Positions 8,336-17,178 of a DNA stretch of 64,000 nucleotides are shown piece after piece. Source of the DNA: Candidatus Obscuribacteraceae bacterium (lineage in GTDB: Bacteria; Cyanobacteriota; Vampirovibrionia; Obscuribacterales; Obscuribacteraceae); the NCBI GenBank assembly GCA_044226015.1, contig JBGAHS010000005.1, positions 640,001 to 704,000 on the forward strand, in the 5' to 3' direction. Numbering within the stretch: the first letter of the stretch is position 1; each line of letters opens with the position of its first letter. The notes beneath the pieces are model-generated. The model was not told where the DNA came from. It did not search any database and saw nothing but the letters and a program-made list of their open reading frames with translations. The position numbers and the translations under genes were made by a program.

Positions 8336-11300
8336 ATGTCTTTAGGACCTGATTCAATTATTGCCTCTCGCTATAAGCTGCTTCACAAGCTAGGTGAAGG
8401 CGGATTCGCCATTGTCTTTAAGGCGCAAGATCTTGAGTTGGGGCGCACTGTAGCGATCAAATTCCTGAAGGCTGACGGGCAAGATTCTGAAAGTCTTGAA
8501 CGCTTCTTGCGCGAAGCAAGGTTGATTGCTCGTCTAAGTCATCCTAATGTTGTTTCAGTTTATGCAATCGACGTTCTAGAAAACGAGAACATGCCATACA
8601 TCGTAATGGAATTTCTCGATGGAGAAAGCCTCGCGAGTCGAGTTAGCCGCCTTGGACCGTTCTTTGATGGCGAGTGCATGAAATTGTGCCTTGCGCTTTG
8701 TGACGGCTTGAATCAATTGCACGAAAACAACATCCTTCACCGTGATTTGAGTTCAAACAACATCTTTCTGTGCAAGTTAGCAGCGGACGATTCTTTCGAT
8801 CCCAAAATCATAGATTTAGGCTTGTCGAAGGTTCTCGCAGATAATTCTTCCGTTGCCGATAAAAAGCTAACAGCCACAGGTCTTTTAATCGGCAATCCTG
8901 CATTTATGAGCCCCGAACAAGCTCGTGCAGAGGCTCTGGATAAGCGAAGTGACATCTATTCTCTGGGCTGCGTTTTTTACACAGCTGTGTATGGGCGTGC
9001 ACCTTTTGAGGCGGATACTCCCGTTGCGTTGCTTTATAAGCATCAAAATGAAGAGCCAAGTTTTCCTGTACTTAAATGGAGGGACCAAAAGGCTGCAACG
9101 CGAGTCATAAACACTTTGCGAATCGCAATGCAAAAATCTGCTAGTAATCGCTTTCAGTCATGCACAGAATTCGCAGCTGCCTTGCGGGGAGAATCACGGC
9201 TCCCTTCTAAAAATAAAAGCAACCTTGCCTGGAGATTAGCAGCGCTTTCTGGCGTTCTTGTGGTCGGGTTTCTTTCTATGTACGTCTTCTCGATTAAGAA
9301 GAAATCAGCTGAGCTTCCGCAGCCTGCTGGTCATAAGATTTCGCGGAAATCCAGTCTATCGCTGAGCATGCGCAAGCCCGAGTCTTTTTTTGAACTGCTT
9401 GATGTGGTTGAAGATTTCGTCAGGCAGAAGCATCCCAAGGAAGCTCTAGAACTTTTGGATTCATTCAAAGGCAATCTTAACGCTAGAGAAAAACAATTGC
9501 TCAACATGCGGAAGTTGAGTCTTTCTGCAGCTCTCGGTATGAAACATGAGGAAGATCGCCTGGCGGCGAAACTGTATTCTGACCCTACGGTAATTGAAAA
9601 TCATTCAGTTTTGATTTCGCTGATTGATTACTATGTTACCCGAGACCCGTCTAAGTGTCTTGAACTTTGTAAACTCTGGCAGAAGAAGAACCCAGGGGAA
9701 CGCGACTTTATAGTTGAACTTTGCAATGTACGTGCCTTAGTTTTAACGCGCAAATTCTCTGAGGCTGAAAAACTTTTTCCCTCGTTTGATTCGTTCGGAA
9801 TCTCCCAGAGCCCTGACCCTGTGAATGTTGTTTCTCAACTTGAACAAATAAAGCTGGTTGCAAGAATTGGAATGAATCAAAGTATTGATGTTGTTAAAGC
9901 TTGCGATGCGCTCACTGACGTACTTCCTCGAAGAAGGATATCTGACAGGTATCATAATTATATTGAGGTTGCTGATCTGTTAGAAAATGCTGGGTTAATC
10001 GAGCCTGCAGCCAAACTTTGGTTTGCTGCTGCGCACGGTTGCAAGAAGTCAGATCTTGACAAATCTGTTTCTTGCTTCTATAGAATTTGTTCCGGTCCAT
10101 TTTATAGAGATAATCCTGAATTGGTGATTGAATCTGCCAAGGAGTTACTTGCTAGCAGGCATCCTCATGTAAACACTTTTGAGATTCGTCATGTCCTGTT
10201 CGAGATGTACATCGTGCTGAACAAAATGGATGAAGCAAAACGTGTTGCAATGGAAAGCTACGAAACTTTTGAGAATACTTATTCAAGTAAGTCTCAATGG
10301 ATAGCTGAAGATTTGAAAGGGCTATTAACTTGCGAGACTGATGTGTGGCTTATTTCTATGAGCCAAAGAGCTAATGAAGATTGCCGACGCGTATGCCATC
10401 GGGTCTTGGAACTCGTTAAAGGGCGCAAAGAAGCACCGATTGTTACGGCTGCAACATTCTGTTTTCTTGCTCATGATGCAGAAGCTGTATGCGATCACGC
10501 AGCATTGATACGTTATTCAAAAATTGCTGCTGACGATCTTGAGAACATCAGTCAGCCTCAGCTGTCAGAAACCTTTGCTAAATTGCTTTCACCATTTTTG
10601 ACAATGTGTGCAAATCTTCCTCCTCGCGACGCGGTTTACTGTCTCGATAAAATTCAACGTGCCTATAAAAGAGCATACCCGGCTCGTTCGCAGCCTCTAG
10701 CATTACTTGCCTTGCTCTCTACAGCGTATTCAGCGATGCCATCCTCCGAATCGGTAATAAAAATTTTTCCAGATTTCATGAATTCTCTAGAAGAGTATGA
10801 TTTTGCCAACTCTAATGAGCTTCCTGTTGATATGCTTTCCTTAATCAGGTTCTTTTCTAATACCATAGATTCTGCTGAGATTAAGAGTGCGGTTTCTAAA
10901 ATCGGAAGCAAGAATCCTTCTGCAGAAAATCTTGCAGTCCGTTCCCTCGCACTTTCTGAATATTTTCTGGATAGAAGACAGTCAGCAGAGTTCGCTCAAA
11001 GTTTCACCACCTTCCGCGCGCAACTTTTTGATTTGAAGAAATGGAATAAATACGCTTACGAAATTTTGAGAAGAGATGCAATAATTCTGTCTTTGAGATC
11101 TGGAGAAAAGTCGGCTCCGGCGCTTATAAGTCAGCTGGTTTCTGACATCAACGAAAGAGGGCGTATCCAACTCTTTGTTGAGTTATCAGGTTATTTTGAG
11201 CGTTTTCGAGATTACGGTATCTGGGCAAATTTTCTTCGGCAAAATGAGGCTCTTCTCAAGGACTCAACGAATTATAATGTCTCTACTCTCATTCGAGTTG

Positions 11301-11644
11301 AGGGAGATTGCTTTCATAGTTGTGGCGACAACGTTCAGTCTGAACAAGTGTTTGCTGCGGCATTGGCTGATTATCTTGCTAGAAAACACTTAACCGAAGC
11401 TGATGTAGGGAATGATTTAGATCTGGCGCTCCTTTATTGGGGAACTGTTAGGGCTAAAATGGCATTAGGCAAAAATGACATACCTTTGCGGGTGTTCAAA
11501 ACTTTGGCACCAGCCTTGAGTAAATTCAAGTTTGCACAGAAAATAGGACTCAAGAAGTTCGTCGATTTCTGGCAGGCTGCTGCAAAAAATGGCAACCCAG
11601 GTGATCTTAAAGAGGTCGAGGATTTCAGGCGTATTATGCTCTAG
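8336..11644 (+). CDS. Hanks-type Ser/Thr protein kinase with TM helix and helical/TPR-like C-terminal region
   Basis: GEGGFAIV, VAIK, HRDLSSNN, DLG, MSPEQ, SDIYSLG; ATG 8336 follows GAGG; TM at about residue 300. Confidence 0.9.
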   Translation: MSLGPDSIIASRYKLLHKLGEGGFAIVFKAQDLELGRTVAIKFLKADGQDSESLERFLREARLIARLSHPNVVSVYAIDVLENENMPYIVMEFLDGESLASRVSRLGPFFDGECMKLCLALCDGLNQLHENNILHRDLSSNNIFLCKLAADDSFDPKIIDLGLSKVLADNSSVADKKLTATGLLIGNPAFMSPEQARAEALDKRSDIYSLGCVFYTAVYGRAPFEADTPVALLYKHQNEEPSFPVLKWRDQKAATRVINTLRIAMQKSASNRFQSCTEFAAALRGESRLPSKNKSNLAWRLAALSGVLVVGFLSMYVFSIKKKSAELPQPAGHKISRKSSLSLSMRKPESFFELLDVVEDFVRQKHPKEALELLDSFKGNLNAREKQLLNMRKLSLSAALGMKHEEDRLAAKLYSDPTVIENHSVLISLIDYYVTRDPSKCLELCKLWQKKNPGERDFIVELCNVRALVLTRKFSEAEKLFPSFDSFGISQSPDPVNVVSQLEQIKLVARIGMNQSIDVVKACDALTDVLPRRRISDRYHNYIEVADLLENAGLIEPAAKLWFAAAHGCKKSDLDKSVSCFYRICSGPFYRDNPELVIESAKELLASRHPHVNTFEIRHVLFEMYIVLNKMDEAKRVAMESYETFENTYSSKSQWIAEDLKGLLTCETDVWLISMSQRANEDCRRVCHRVLELVKGRKEAPIVTAATFCFLAHDAEAVCDHAALIRYSKIAADDLENISQPQLSETFAKLLSPFLTMCANLPPRDAVYCLDKIQRAYKRAYPARSQPLALLALLSTAYSAMPSSESVIKIFPDFMNSLEEYDFANSNELPVDMLSLIRFFSNTIDSAEIKSAVSKIGSKNPSAENLAVRSLALSEYFLDRRQSAEFAQSFTTFRAQLFDLKKWNKYAYEILRRDAIILSLRSGEKSAPALISQLVSDINERGRIQLFVELSGYFERFRDYGIWANFLRQNEALLKDSTNYNVSTLIRVEGDCFHSCGDNVQSEQVFAAALADYLARKHLTEADVGNDLDLALLYWGTVRAKMALGKNDIPLRVFKTLAPALSKFKFAQKIGLKKFVDFWQAAAKNGNPGDLKEVEDFRRIML

Positions 11645-11745
11645 GTTCGGGGTTTCTTGCGTGTACTGCGAGCGAAAGCGCAAATGATTACTATATTTAT
11701 GGGCTTATCTTGATATCTAAAGAGCAACTTCTCAGGTAGACTAAA

Positions 11746-14700
11746 GTGATGATGTTGCTGGGACCAGATGCAATTATTGCCTCACGCTACAAGCTTCTGC
11801 AAAAGCTTGGCGAGGGTGGGTTTGCTATTGTCTACAAGGCTCAAGATCTTGATCTTGGGCGCACTGTAGCGATAAAGTTCCTGAAAGCCGAAGGGCATGA
11901 CTCTGAGAATATGCAGCGGTTCTTGCGTGAAGCAAGGCTGATTGCTAGTGTAAGCCATCCCAATGTAGTTTCGGTTTATGCAATCGACGTTCTCGAGAAC
12001 GAGAACATGCCTTACATCGTGATGGAATATCTTGACGGAGAGAGTCTTGCGAGTCGAGTTAGCAGGCTCGGTGCGCTTTCTGCCGATGAATGTAATAAGC
12101 TTTTTTTTCAGCTGTGTGACGGTTTGAATCAACTTCATGAGAATAACATCCTTCATAGAGACATCAGTTCCAACAATGTGTTCTTATGCAACGTATCTAA
12201 TGGTGAGCCTTTTGTGCCTAAGATTATCGACTTGGGTTTGTCGAAGGCTCTGGTGAATAGTTCGTCTAATACTGATAAGAAGCTGACTGCAACCGGACTC
12301 TTGATTGGCAACCCGTCCTTCATGAGTCCAGAGCAGGCAAGAGCCGAGGCGCTCGACAAGCGAAGTGATATCTATTCGCTTGCTTGTGTTTTCTACACTG
12401 CCGTGTATGGGAGTCCTCCGTTTGATGCCGACACTCCTGTGGCTTTACTCTACAAACATCAGAATCAAGAAGCTCGTTTCCCCCCGTTAAAGTGGCGTGA
12501 CCAGCAGGCTGCGAACAGAGTAATTGACTCATTAAGGGTCGCGATGAATAAGGATGCAAATGCTCGCTTTCAATCTTGCCCTGAGTTTGCTGCTGCATTG
12601 AGTGGAGATGCGCCCTTGCCTGTGCGTTCGGCTCCTGCCTCGAATCGGCTTGCGATAACCGTTGTTCTTTTGTCTGGACTCATGGTACTTGCTCTCCTTC
12701 CTGCCGTTTATTTCACAAGAAAAAAAAGTGCTGAACCAGTTTTAGGATTCCACAAAGTAAGTCAAAAACGCTCTAATTTGTCTCTCCGGATGAGGAAGCC
12801 GAGTTCCTTCCTTGATTTGCTGGAAATTGCTGGAGATTTTGCAGAGCAAGGGCATGAAAAAGAAGCGCTCGACCTATTGAACTCGTTCACAAATGCATTC
12901 AGTCTTTCGCCCGGCGAAAAACAGATTCTGAATATGCGAAAGCTGTCTTTGTTTGCGGCACTGGGAATGCAGAAGCAGGCTGATGCCACAGAGGAATTGC
13001 TTTATTCAGATCCCACAATTACAAAGAACAGTTTGCTCACCGCCAATTTCGTTGATTATATGGTTTCGAAGGATCCTGCGAAGTGCATTGTCATTTGTGA
13101 GCACTGGCAAAAGAATAATCCTGATAATAGAAGTCTACGAATTGAGCTTGCGAAGTTGCGCGCCTTAGTTTTCTGCCGGAAATATGCCGAAGCAAAAAAA
13201 CTTATTCCGTCTTTTGATTACTTTGACCTTAAGCTAAGCGCGACGAATGAAACTGCTTTGAGCGAGCTTGAAGAGCTAATACTTGTAATAAAGTCTGGCT
13301 TGGGTGAGAAAGTAGATCTGGTAAAGGGCTGCAAAGAAATCACAGAAGCGAATCCACGGCGGCGCTTGCATGATGAACATAAAACCTATCTTGAGGTTGC
13401 AAACCTTTGTGAATTGTCTGGTTCGAGGAAAGAGGCGGTGACTCTTTTGATGACCGCTGCTCGCAAGTGCGAGACGACGAATCCTGAAGCTGCAAAAGAG
13501 TGCTTTAGAAAGGTGTTTTCTGAAAAAGATTTTTGGAATGAGTTTCCGTCTGAAGTCATTGAAGCCGCCAACGGAGCTTTGAAGTTGGGGCTAACGCCAG
13601 TTGAAGCTTATCCCGTGCGAAACGTGCTTATTCACGTTTATTGCAATCTCAAAAAATACGACTTAGCAAAGAAATTCGCGCTGGAGAATTATGATTGGTT
13701 TTTGCAAGCTTATGGAAATAAGCCCGAATGGAGTGCAGTTGAATGTCGGTATTGCGCAGATATCATGGGGGGGCTGACCAGAGCTTTTGATGGAGACCAA
13801 AATAGAGATGAGTTAATCAGGCTGTCAGAGCAGGGGTTGGTGCTGTTTCAAAAGCATAAAGAGGCGGCATCAGCCCATGTCGAGGTACTGCTGAATTTAG
13901 TTAGGAGTGTTCAGTGGGTGGATCATGAGAGGATGGGTTCTTTTTCTAGAAGAGCTGCTGATCAGCTTATACTTATTTCTCCAGATGAACTTCCCAATTC
14001 TCTTAGTCGTAAGATGCCCTTGATAGAATCGTTGTTTTCTGCAATTCCGCCTGTTGACCAGATCTACTGCTTTGACCATCTTCTTACGGCTTATTCACAA
14101 GCTTTTCCAGGGCGGGCAAAGCCACTCAAATCCCTATCTTCGTTAGTCTATTCGTATTCCGTGTTGGGGCAAATGGATAATTTGCGGAAGCTATATCCTG
14201 TCATTTCCAAGTCTCTAATCGAAACAGATTTCAGTAAAGAACAAAGTGATATTACTTCTGTGATATTTATGGTTCGAACCATTGAGAATTCCCCAAAATT
14301 TGCCGATTTCGAAAGTGTTCTTGCCAAAACTGGCAGCGCTAAAAACTCGCCTGTGAATCGGGCTGTCGCGTCTTTAGTTCTGGCTGATTTTTATCTTGAT
14401 GTGGGAAGAACCACCGATTTTGAAAACACCTTTTCCAAGTTTCGCTTGCAGCTGAAGGAATTGAGTGTCCGTGATCCAGTCTATGCTCAGCTCAGAAAAT
14501 GCTCTTTATTACAAGCTCTACGAACTCAAAAGCAAGCGTTTAGCGATTTCGTAAACCAGAAATTGGCTGAAGTAAAAGGAGGAGATCGACTTAGACTGTT
14601 TTTGGAATTCTCCGAGTATTTTCAACACTTTTCGGATTTGGCTGTGTGCGTGAAATTTCTCGATGAGCACAAAAATGAGCTGAGTGATAATTCCAATCCT

Positions 14701-15078
14701 GATGTTTTGGTTTTAAATCGCGTCAGGGGTGATTGCTACTATTTGCTCAAAGAATTCGCTCTTTCCGAATCTCTTTACCGCTCTGTTTTAGCAGATTACG
14801 AAAAACGCAAGAGTCTTACTGGCGCTGACGCTGTAAACGATAAAAATCTGGTTTTGCTCGAATGGGGGCTGTTCGATGCATTGAAAGCCCAGAAAAAATT
14901 TGATGAGTCTTTAGAGCTATACAAAAATCTTGGTGCTGGACTCGTGAAGTTTAGAATTAGAGAGCCAAAGGTGCTGAGGGAATTTGCCGCAATTTGGCAA
15001 GCTGCTGCAACTAAGTTTGGCGACGAAAATGATTTGAAGGAAATTGAGAGATTTAAAAATGCAATCGCTGGAAATTGA
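11746..15078 (+). CDS. Hanks-type Ser/Thr protein kinase, tandem paralog of 8336..11644
   Basis: Same motifs (HRDISSNN, DLG); collinear with the upstream gene. Confidence 0.9.
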   Translation: MMMLLGPDAIIASRYKLLQKLGEGGFAIVYKAQDLDLGRTVAIKFLKAEGHDSENMQRFLREARLIASVSHPNVVSVYAIDVLENENMPYIVMEYLDGESLASRVSRLGALSADECNKLFFQLCDGLNQLHENNILHRDISSNNVFLCNVSNGEPFVPKIIDLGLSKALVNSSSNTDKKLTATGLLIGNPSFMSPEQARAEALDKRSDIYSLACVFYTAVYGSPPFDADTPVALLYKHQNQEARFPPLKWRDQQAANRVIDSLRVAMNKDANARFQSCPEFAAALSGDAPLPVRSAPASNRLAITVVLLSGLMVLALLPAVYFTRKKSAEPVLGFHKVSQKRSNLSLRMRKPSSFLDLLEIAGDFAEQGHEKEALDLLNSFTNAFSLSPGEKQILNMRKLSLFAALGMQKQADATEELLYSDPTITKNSLLTANFVDYMVSKDPAKCIVICEHWQKNNPDNRSLRIELAKLRALVFCRKYAEAKKLIPSFDYFDLKLSATNETALSELEELILVIKSGLGEKVDLVKGCKEITEANPRRRLHDEHKTYLEVANLCELSGSRKEAVTLLMTAARKCETTNPEAAKECFRKVFSEKDFWNEFPSEVIEAANGALKLGLTPVEAYPVRNVLIHVYCNLKKYDLAKKFALENYDWFLQAYGNKPEWSAVECRYCADIMGGLTRAFDGDQNRDELIRLSEQGLVLFQKHKEAASAHVEVLLNLVRSVQWVDHERMGSFSRRAADQLILISPDELPNSLSRKMPLIESLFSAIPPVDQIYCFDHLLTAYSQAFPGRAKPLKSLSSLVYSYSVLGQMDNLRKLYPVISKSLIETDFSKEQSDITSVIFMVRTIENSPKFADFESVLAKTGSAKNSPVNRAVASLVLADFYLDVGRTTDFENTFSKFRLQLKELSVRDPVYAQLRKCSLLQALRTQKQAFSDFVNQKLAEVKGGDRLRLFLEFSEYFQHFSDLAVCVKFLDEHKNELSDNSNPDVLVLNRVRGDCYYLLKEFALSESLYRSVLADYEKRKSLTGADAVNDKNLVLLEWGLFDALKAQKKFDESLELYKNLGAGLVKFRIREPKVLREFAAIWQAAATKFGDENDLKEIERFKNAIAGN

Positions 15079-15225
15079 AGATTTGACCAGGCAGAGTGTT
15101 AGATTCGTTGACTAAAGCAGCTTTCCTTGAACCTGTGGGCAGGCGAAAACCGAGGGCAAAGTCCAAAGCTGTGGACTTCAGGACATGACTTAGAACCTCG
15201 TAAAACTGGTGAAGCATTAGCCCAG

Positions 15226-15528
15226 CTAAAACCAGTCCATTTGAGTCTCCTTAGGAGCTATAGGATTATTTTCTGGAACTTCTATTCCAATGAATTTAAT
15301 GTTACCTGGCTCAAGTGGACCACTGATGGCGAGGAGCCATTCGTGCATTGCGGTGTTTGGCGGGCATACGAGAGTACTATGATAAAAAACGTCTTTTTTG
15401 CTACTGATGAGCTTGACCCTGAGGCTGCTGTCTTCCAACATCATCACAGTGCTTACATCTCCGACAGGTGGAAACTTGCTGGGGTCATTAAAAGGGAAAT
15501 TGCTGGGTTCGTTTAACCGATCTGTCAT
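15226..15528 (-). CDS. Putative immunity protein, paralog 5
   Basis: Shares ND..KFP...D...V.......L.V....S....YH....CP..T..H.W.....GP...G with its four neighbours. Confidence 0.75.
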   Translation of the reverse strand: MTDRLNEPSNFPFNDPSKFPPVGDVSTVMMLEDSSLRVKLISSKKDVFYHSTLVCPPNTAMHEWLLAISGPLEPGNIKFIGIEVPENNPIAPKETQMDWF

Positions 15529-15540
15529 TCGTTAGGTTTT

Positions 15541-15831
15541 TCAAAAAAATTCTGATAGCTCATTTGGTGCATCGAGGTCTATTTCTTGGTCTTGGAATTC
15601 CTCATACCCGAACAGGTGAAGTTGCCCTTTTCCCATTGGCCCAGTCATTGAAATAATCCAATCATGCATTTTTGTGTCCCTGGGGCAGTTAATCATGCCG
15701 TGATAATGCATTTCATTATCGCTTCGAAGAACGCGAATTTGCAAACTGCCATCGCCTTCCATGATAACGGAGACGAGATCCTCTTTTCTGGGAAATGTTC
15801 TTGAGTCGTTGTATTTTTTCAAATCCGTCAT
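15541..15831 (-). CDS. Putative immunity protein, paralog 4
   Basis: FPRKEDLVSVIME...MHYHGMINCP...MHDWI. Confidence 0.75.
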   Translation of the reverse strand: MTDLKKYNDSRTFPRKEDLVSVIMEGDGSLQIRVLRSDNEMHYHGMINCPRDTKMHDWIISMTGPMGKGQLHLFGYEEFQDQEIDLDAPNELSEFF

Positions 15832-15867
15832 TGTCGTCTTGCTTTCGTCTAGGGATTTCTGGTTTAC

Positions 15868-16146
15868 CTAGAATTCGTTAGCTGCGTTTTCATCGTACTC
15901 GCCCTCTTTCAATCCATCTGCTAAGCATAATTGCATTACCCCTGGAATTATAGGACCTGTTATCTCTAGCAACCAAGAATGCAATAAGGTGTTTGGTGGG
16001 CATGTGATCATGCCGTGATAATGCATTTTGCTATCGCTCCGTAGAACGCGTACTTCCAAAGTAGTATCCTGTAACATAGTTATTGATACCAGATCTTCAC
16101 GCCTTGGAAATCTTTTTGGATCGTTGAAAATTTCTTGATCTACCAT
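15868..16146 (-). CDS. Putative immunity protein, paralog 3 (alternative start 16170)
   Basis: FPRREDLVS...MHYHGMITCPP...LHSWLL; ATG 16146 overlaps the end of the orphan fragment. Confidence 0.75.
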   Translation of the reverse strand: MVDQEIFNDPKRFPRREDLVSITMLQDTTLEVRVLRSDSKMHYHGMITCPPNTLLHSWLLEITGPIIPGVMQLCLADGLKEGEYDENAANEF

Positions 16147-16289
16147 AATTTTGATTGAATTGCCTCCCATAAGTTATTTCGTTTTGACCAATTCATCGAT
16201 TCCAACGTTGATTCGATTTCTCCGAAGTGTTGTGTCAGCTTTCGAATAGTCTCGGGTCTCCTATTAGTACCTCCATTTGCGATAATCGC
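16140..16289 (-). pseudogene. Orphan toxin C-terminal fragment 2
   Basis: AIIANGGTNRRPETIRKLTQHFGEIESTLESMNWSKRNNLWEAIQSKLW* aligns with toxin AISHGGTCRDPRVVEKLIETFGEINEHMIGIDWAKPESNRWEQIRSWFRR*. Confidence 0.8.
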
Positions 16290-16384
16290 TGTTTTGAACT
16301 GGGTTGCAAATCTTCATTTGCATCTTGCTTTTGTTGCTTATTTCTATTGATCAACTAAGAGTCTTTCGATCTGAACGCTGCAAT

Positions 16385-16672
16385 TCAGTCAACGAGCCAT
16401 TTTTTTGTGGCTTCTTCATCATATTCTCCCTCTGCTAGAGGATCTACGTTGCATAATCTCATGTTGCCTGGATTCATGGGACCTGTTATTTCGAGTAACC
16501 ACGAGTGCATCAAAGTACCTGGGGGACAGGTGAGCATTCCGTGATAGTGCATTTTGCTGTCACTTCGGAGGATACGTACCTGAAGAGTGTGATCGGTCTC
16601 CATAATGACGGAGACCAGATCCTCCTTTCTGGGAAATTTACTTTTGTCGTTGTAATCGTTATTTCCTTCCAT
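16385..16672 (-). CDS. Putative immunity protein, paralog 2
   Basis: FPRKEDLVSVIME...MHYHGMLTCPP...MHSWLL. Confidence 0.75.
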   Translation of the reverse strand: MEGNNDYNDKSKFPRKEDLVSVIMETDHTLQVRILRSDSKMHYHGMLTCPPGTLMHSWLLEITGPMNPGNMRLCNVDPLAEGEYDEEATKKWLVD

Positions 16673-16844
16673 AGAAACTCTTCATTACCTCCCAAAAAGT
16701 TTCGCGCCGTTTCTATCCGTCTCTTTCCAACGACTCATTGATACTGCCGAAAGTCTCCATAAGTTTCTTCTTTGTGAAATCCATACGGTTGGTTCCGCCA
16801 TGAGCCATTGCGTAGAGATCTGCCACTACTTCCTTGGGTCCTCT
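16659..16844 (-). pseudogene. Orphan toxin C-terminal fragment 1
   Basis: RGPKEVVADLYAMAHGGTNRMDFTKKKLMETFGSINESLERDG*KRRETFWEVMKSFYGRK* vs toxin RGPLEVLADCYAISHGGT...; internal TAG (16713-16715) at the conserved Trp position. Confidence 0.85.
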
Positions 16845-16899
16845 AACTAGATTCGTATTCAGCGAACTCCCCTGGGTTTTCTGGAACTGCTGAAATTAC

Positions 16900-17178
16900 T
16901 CAGAACCATCTACGCGGTGGCGGATCCGGGTTGAGGTCCTTCTTGTCTGGAGGAACTACACCTATGAGTTTGGATTCGCCTGGTCTCAAAGGACCGCTCA
17001 AGCTTAACAGCCATGTATGCATCGCGGTGTCAGGCGGACAGACTAGAGTACCGTGATAGCTCAGGTGCTTTTGGCTGCTCATAATTTTTACTTCCAAACT
17101 GTTATCAGCGCGTCGAGTGACGATTTTGACATCAGATTCGAGTGGAAACTTTGTTGGATCGTTAAACCGTTCTGTCAT
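16900..17178 (-). CDS. Putative cognate immunity protein, paralog 1
   Basis: ATGA overlap with the toxin stop codon; family motif YHG.L.CPP.T.MH.WLL. Confidence 0.8.
   Translation of the reverse strand: MTERFNDPTKFPLESDVKIVTRRADNSLEVKIMSSQKHLSYHGTLVCPPDTAMHTWLLSLSGPLRPGESKLIGVVPPDKKDLNPDPPPRRWF

Noticed and set aside
15127..15516. 129-aa plus-strand ORF, and similar antisense ORFs elsewhere (657..1106, 18237..18839, 31642..32133, 48392..49051)
   Set aside because: Shadows of better-supported genes on the opposite strand.
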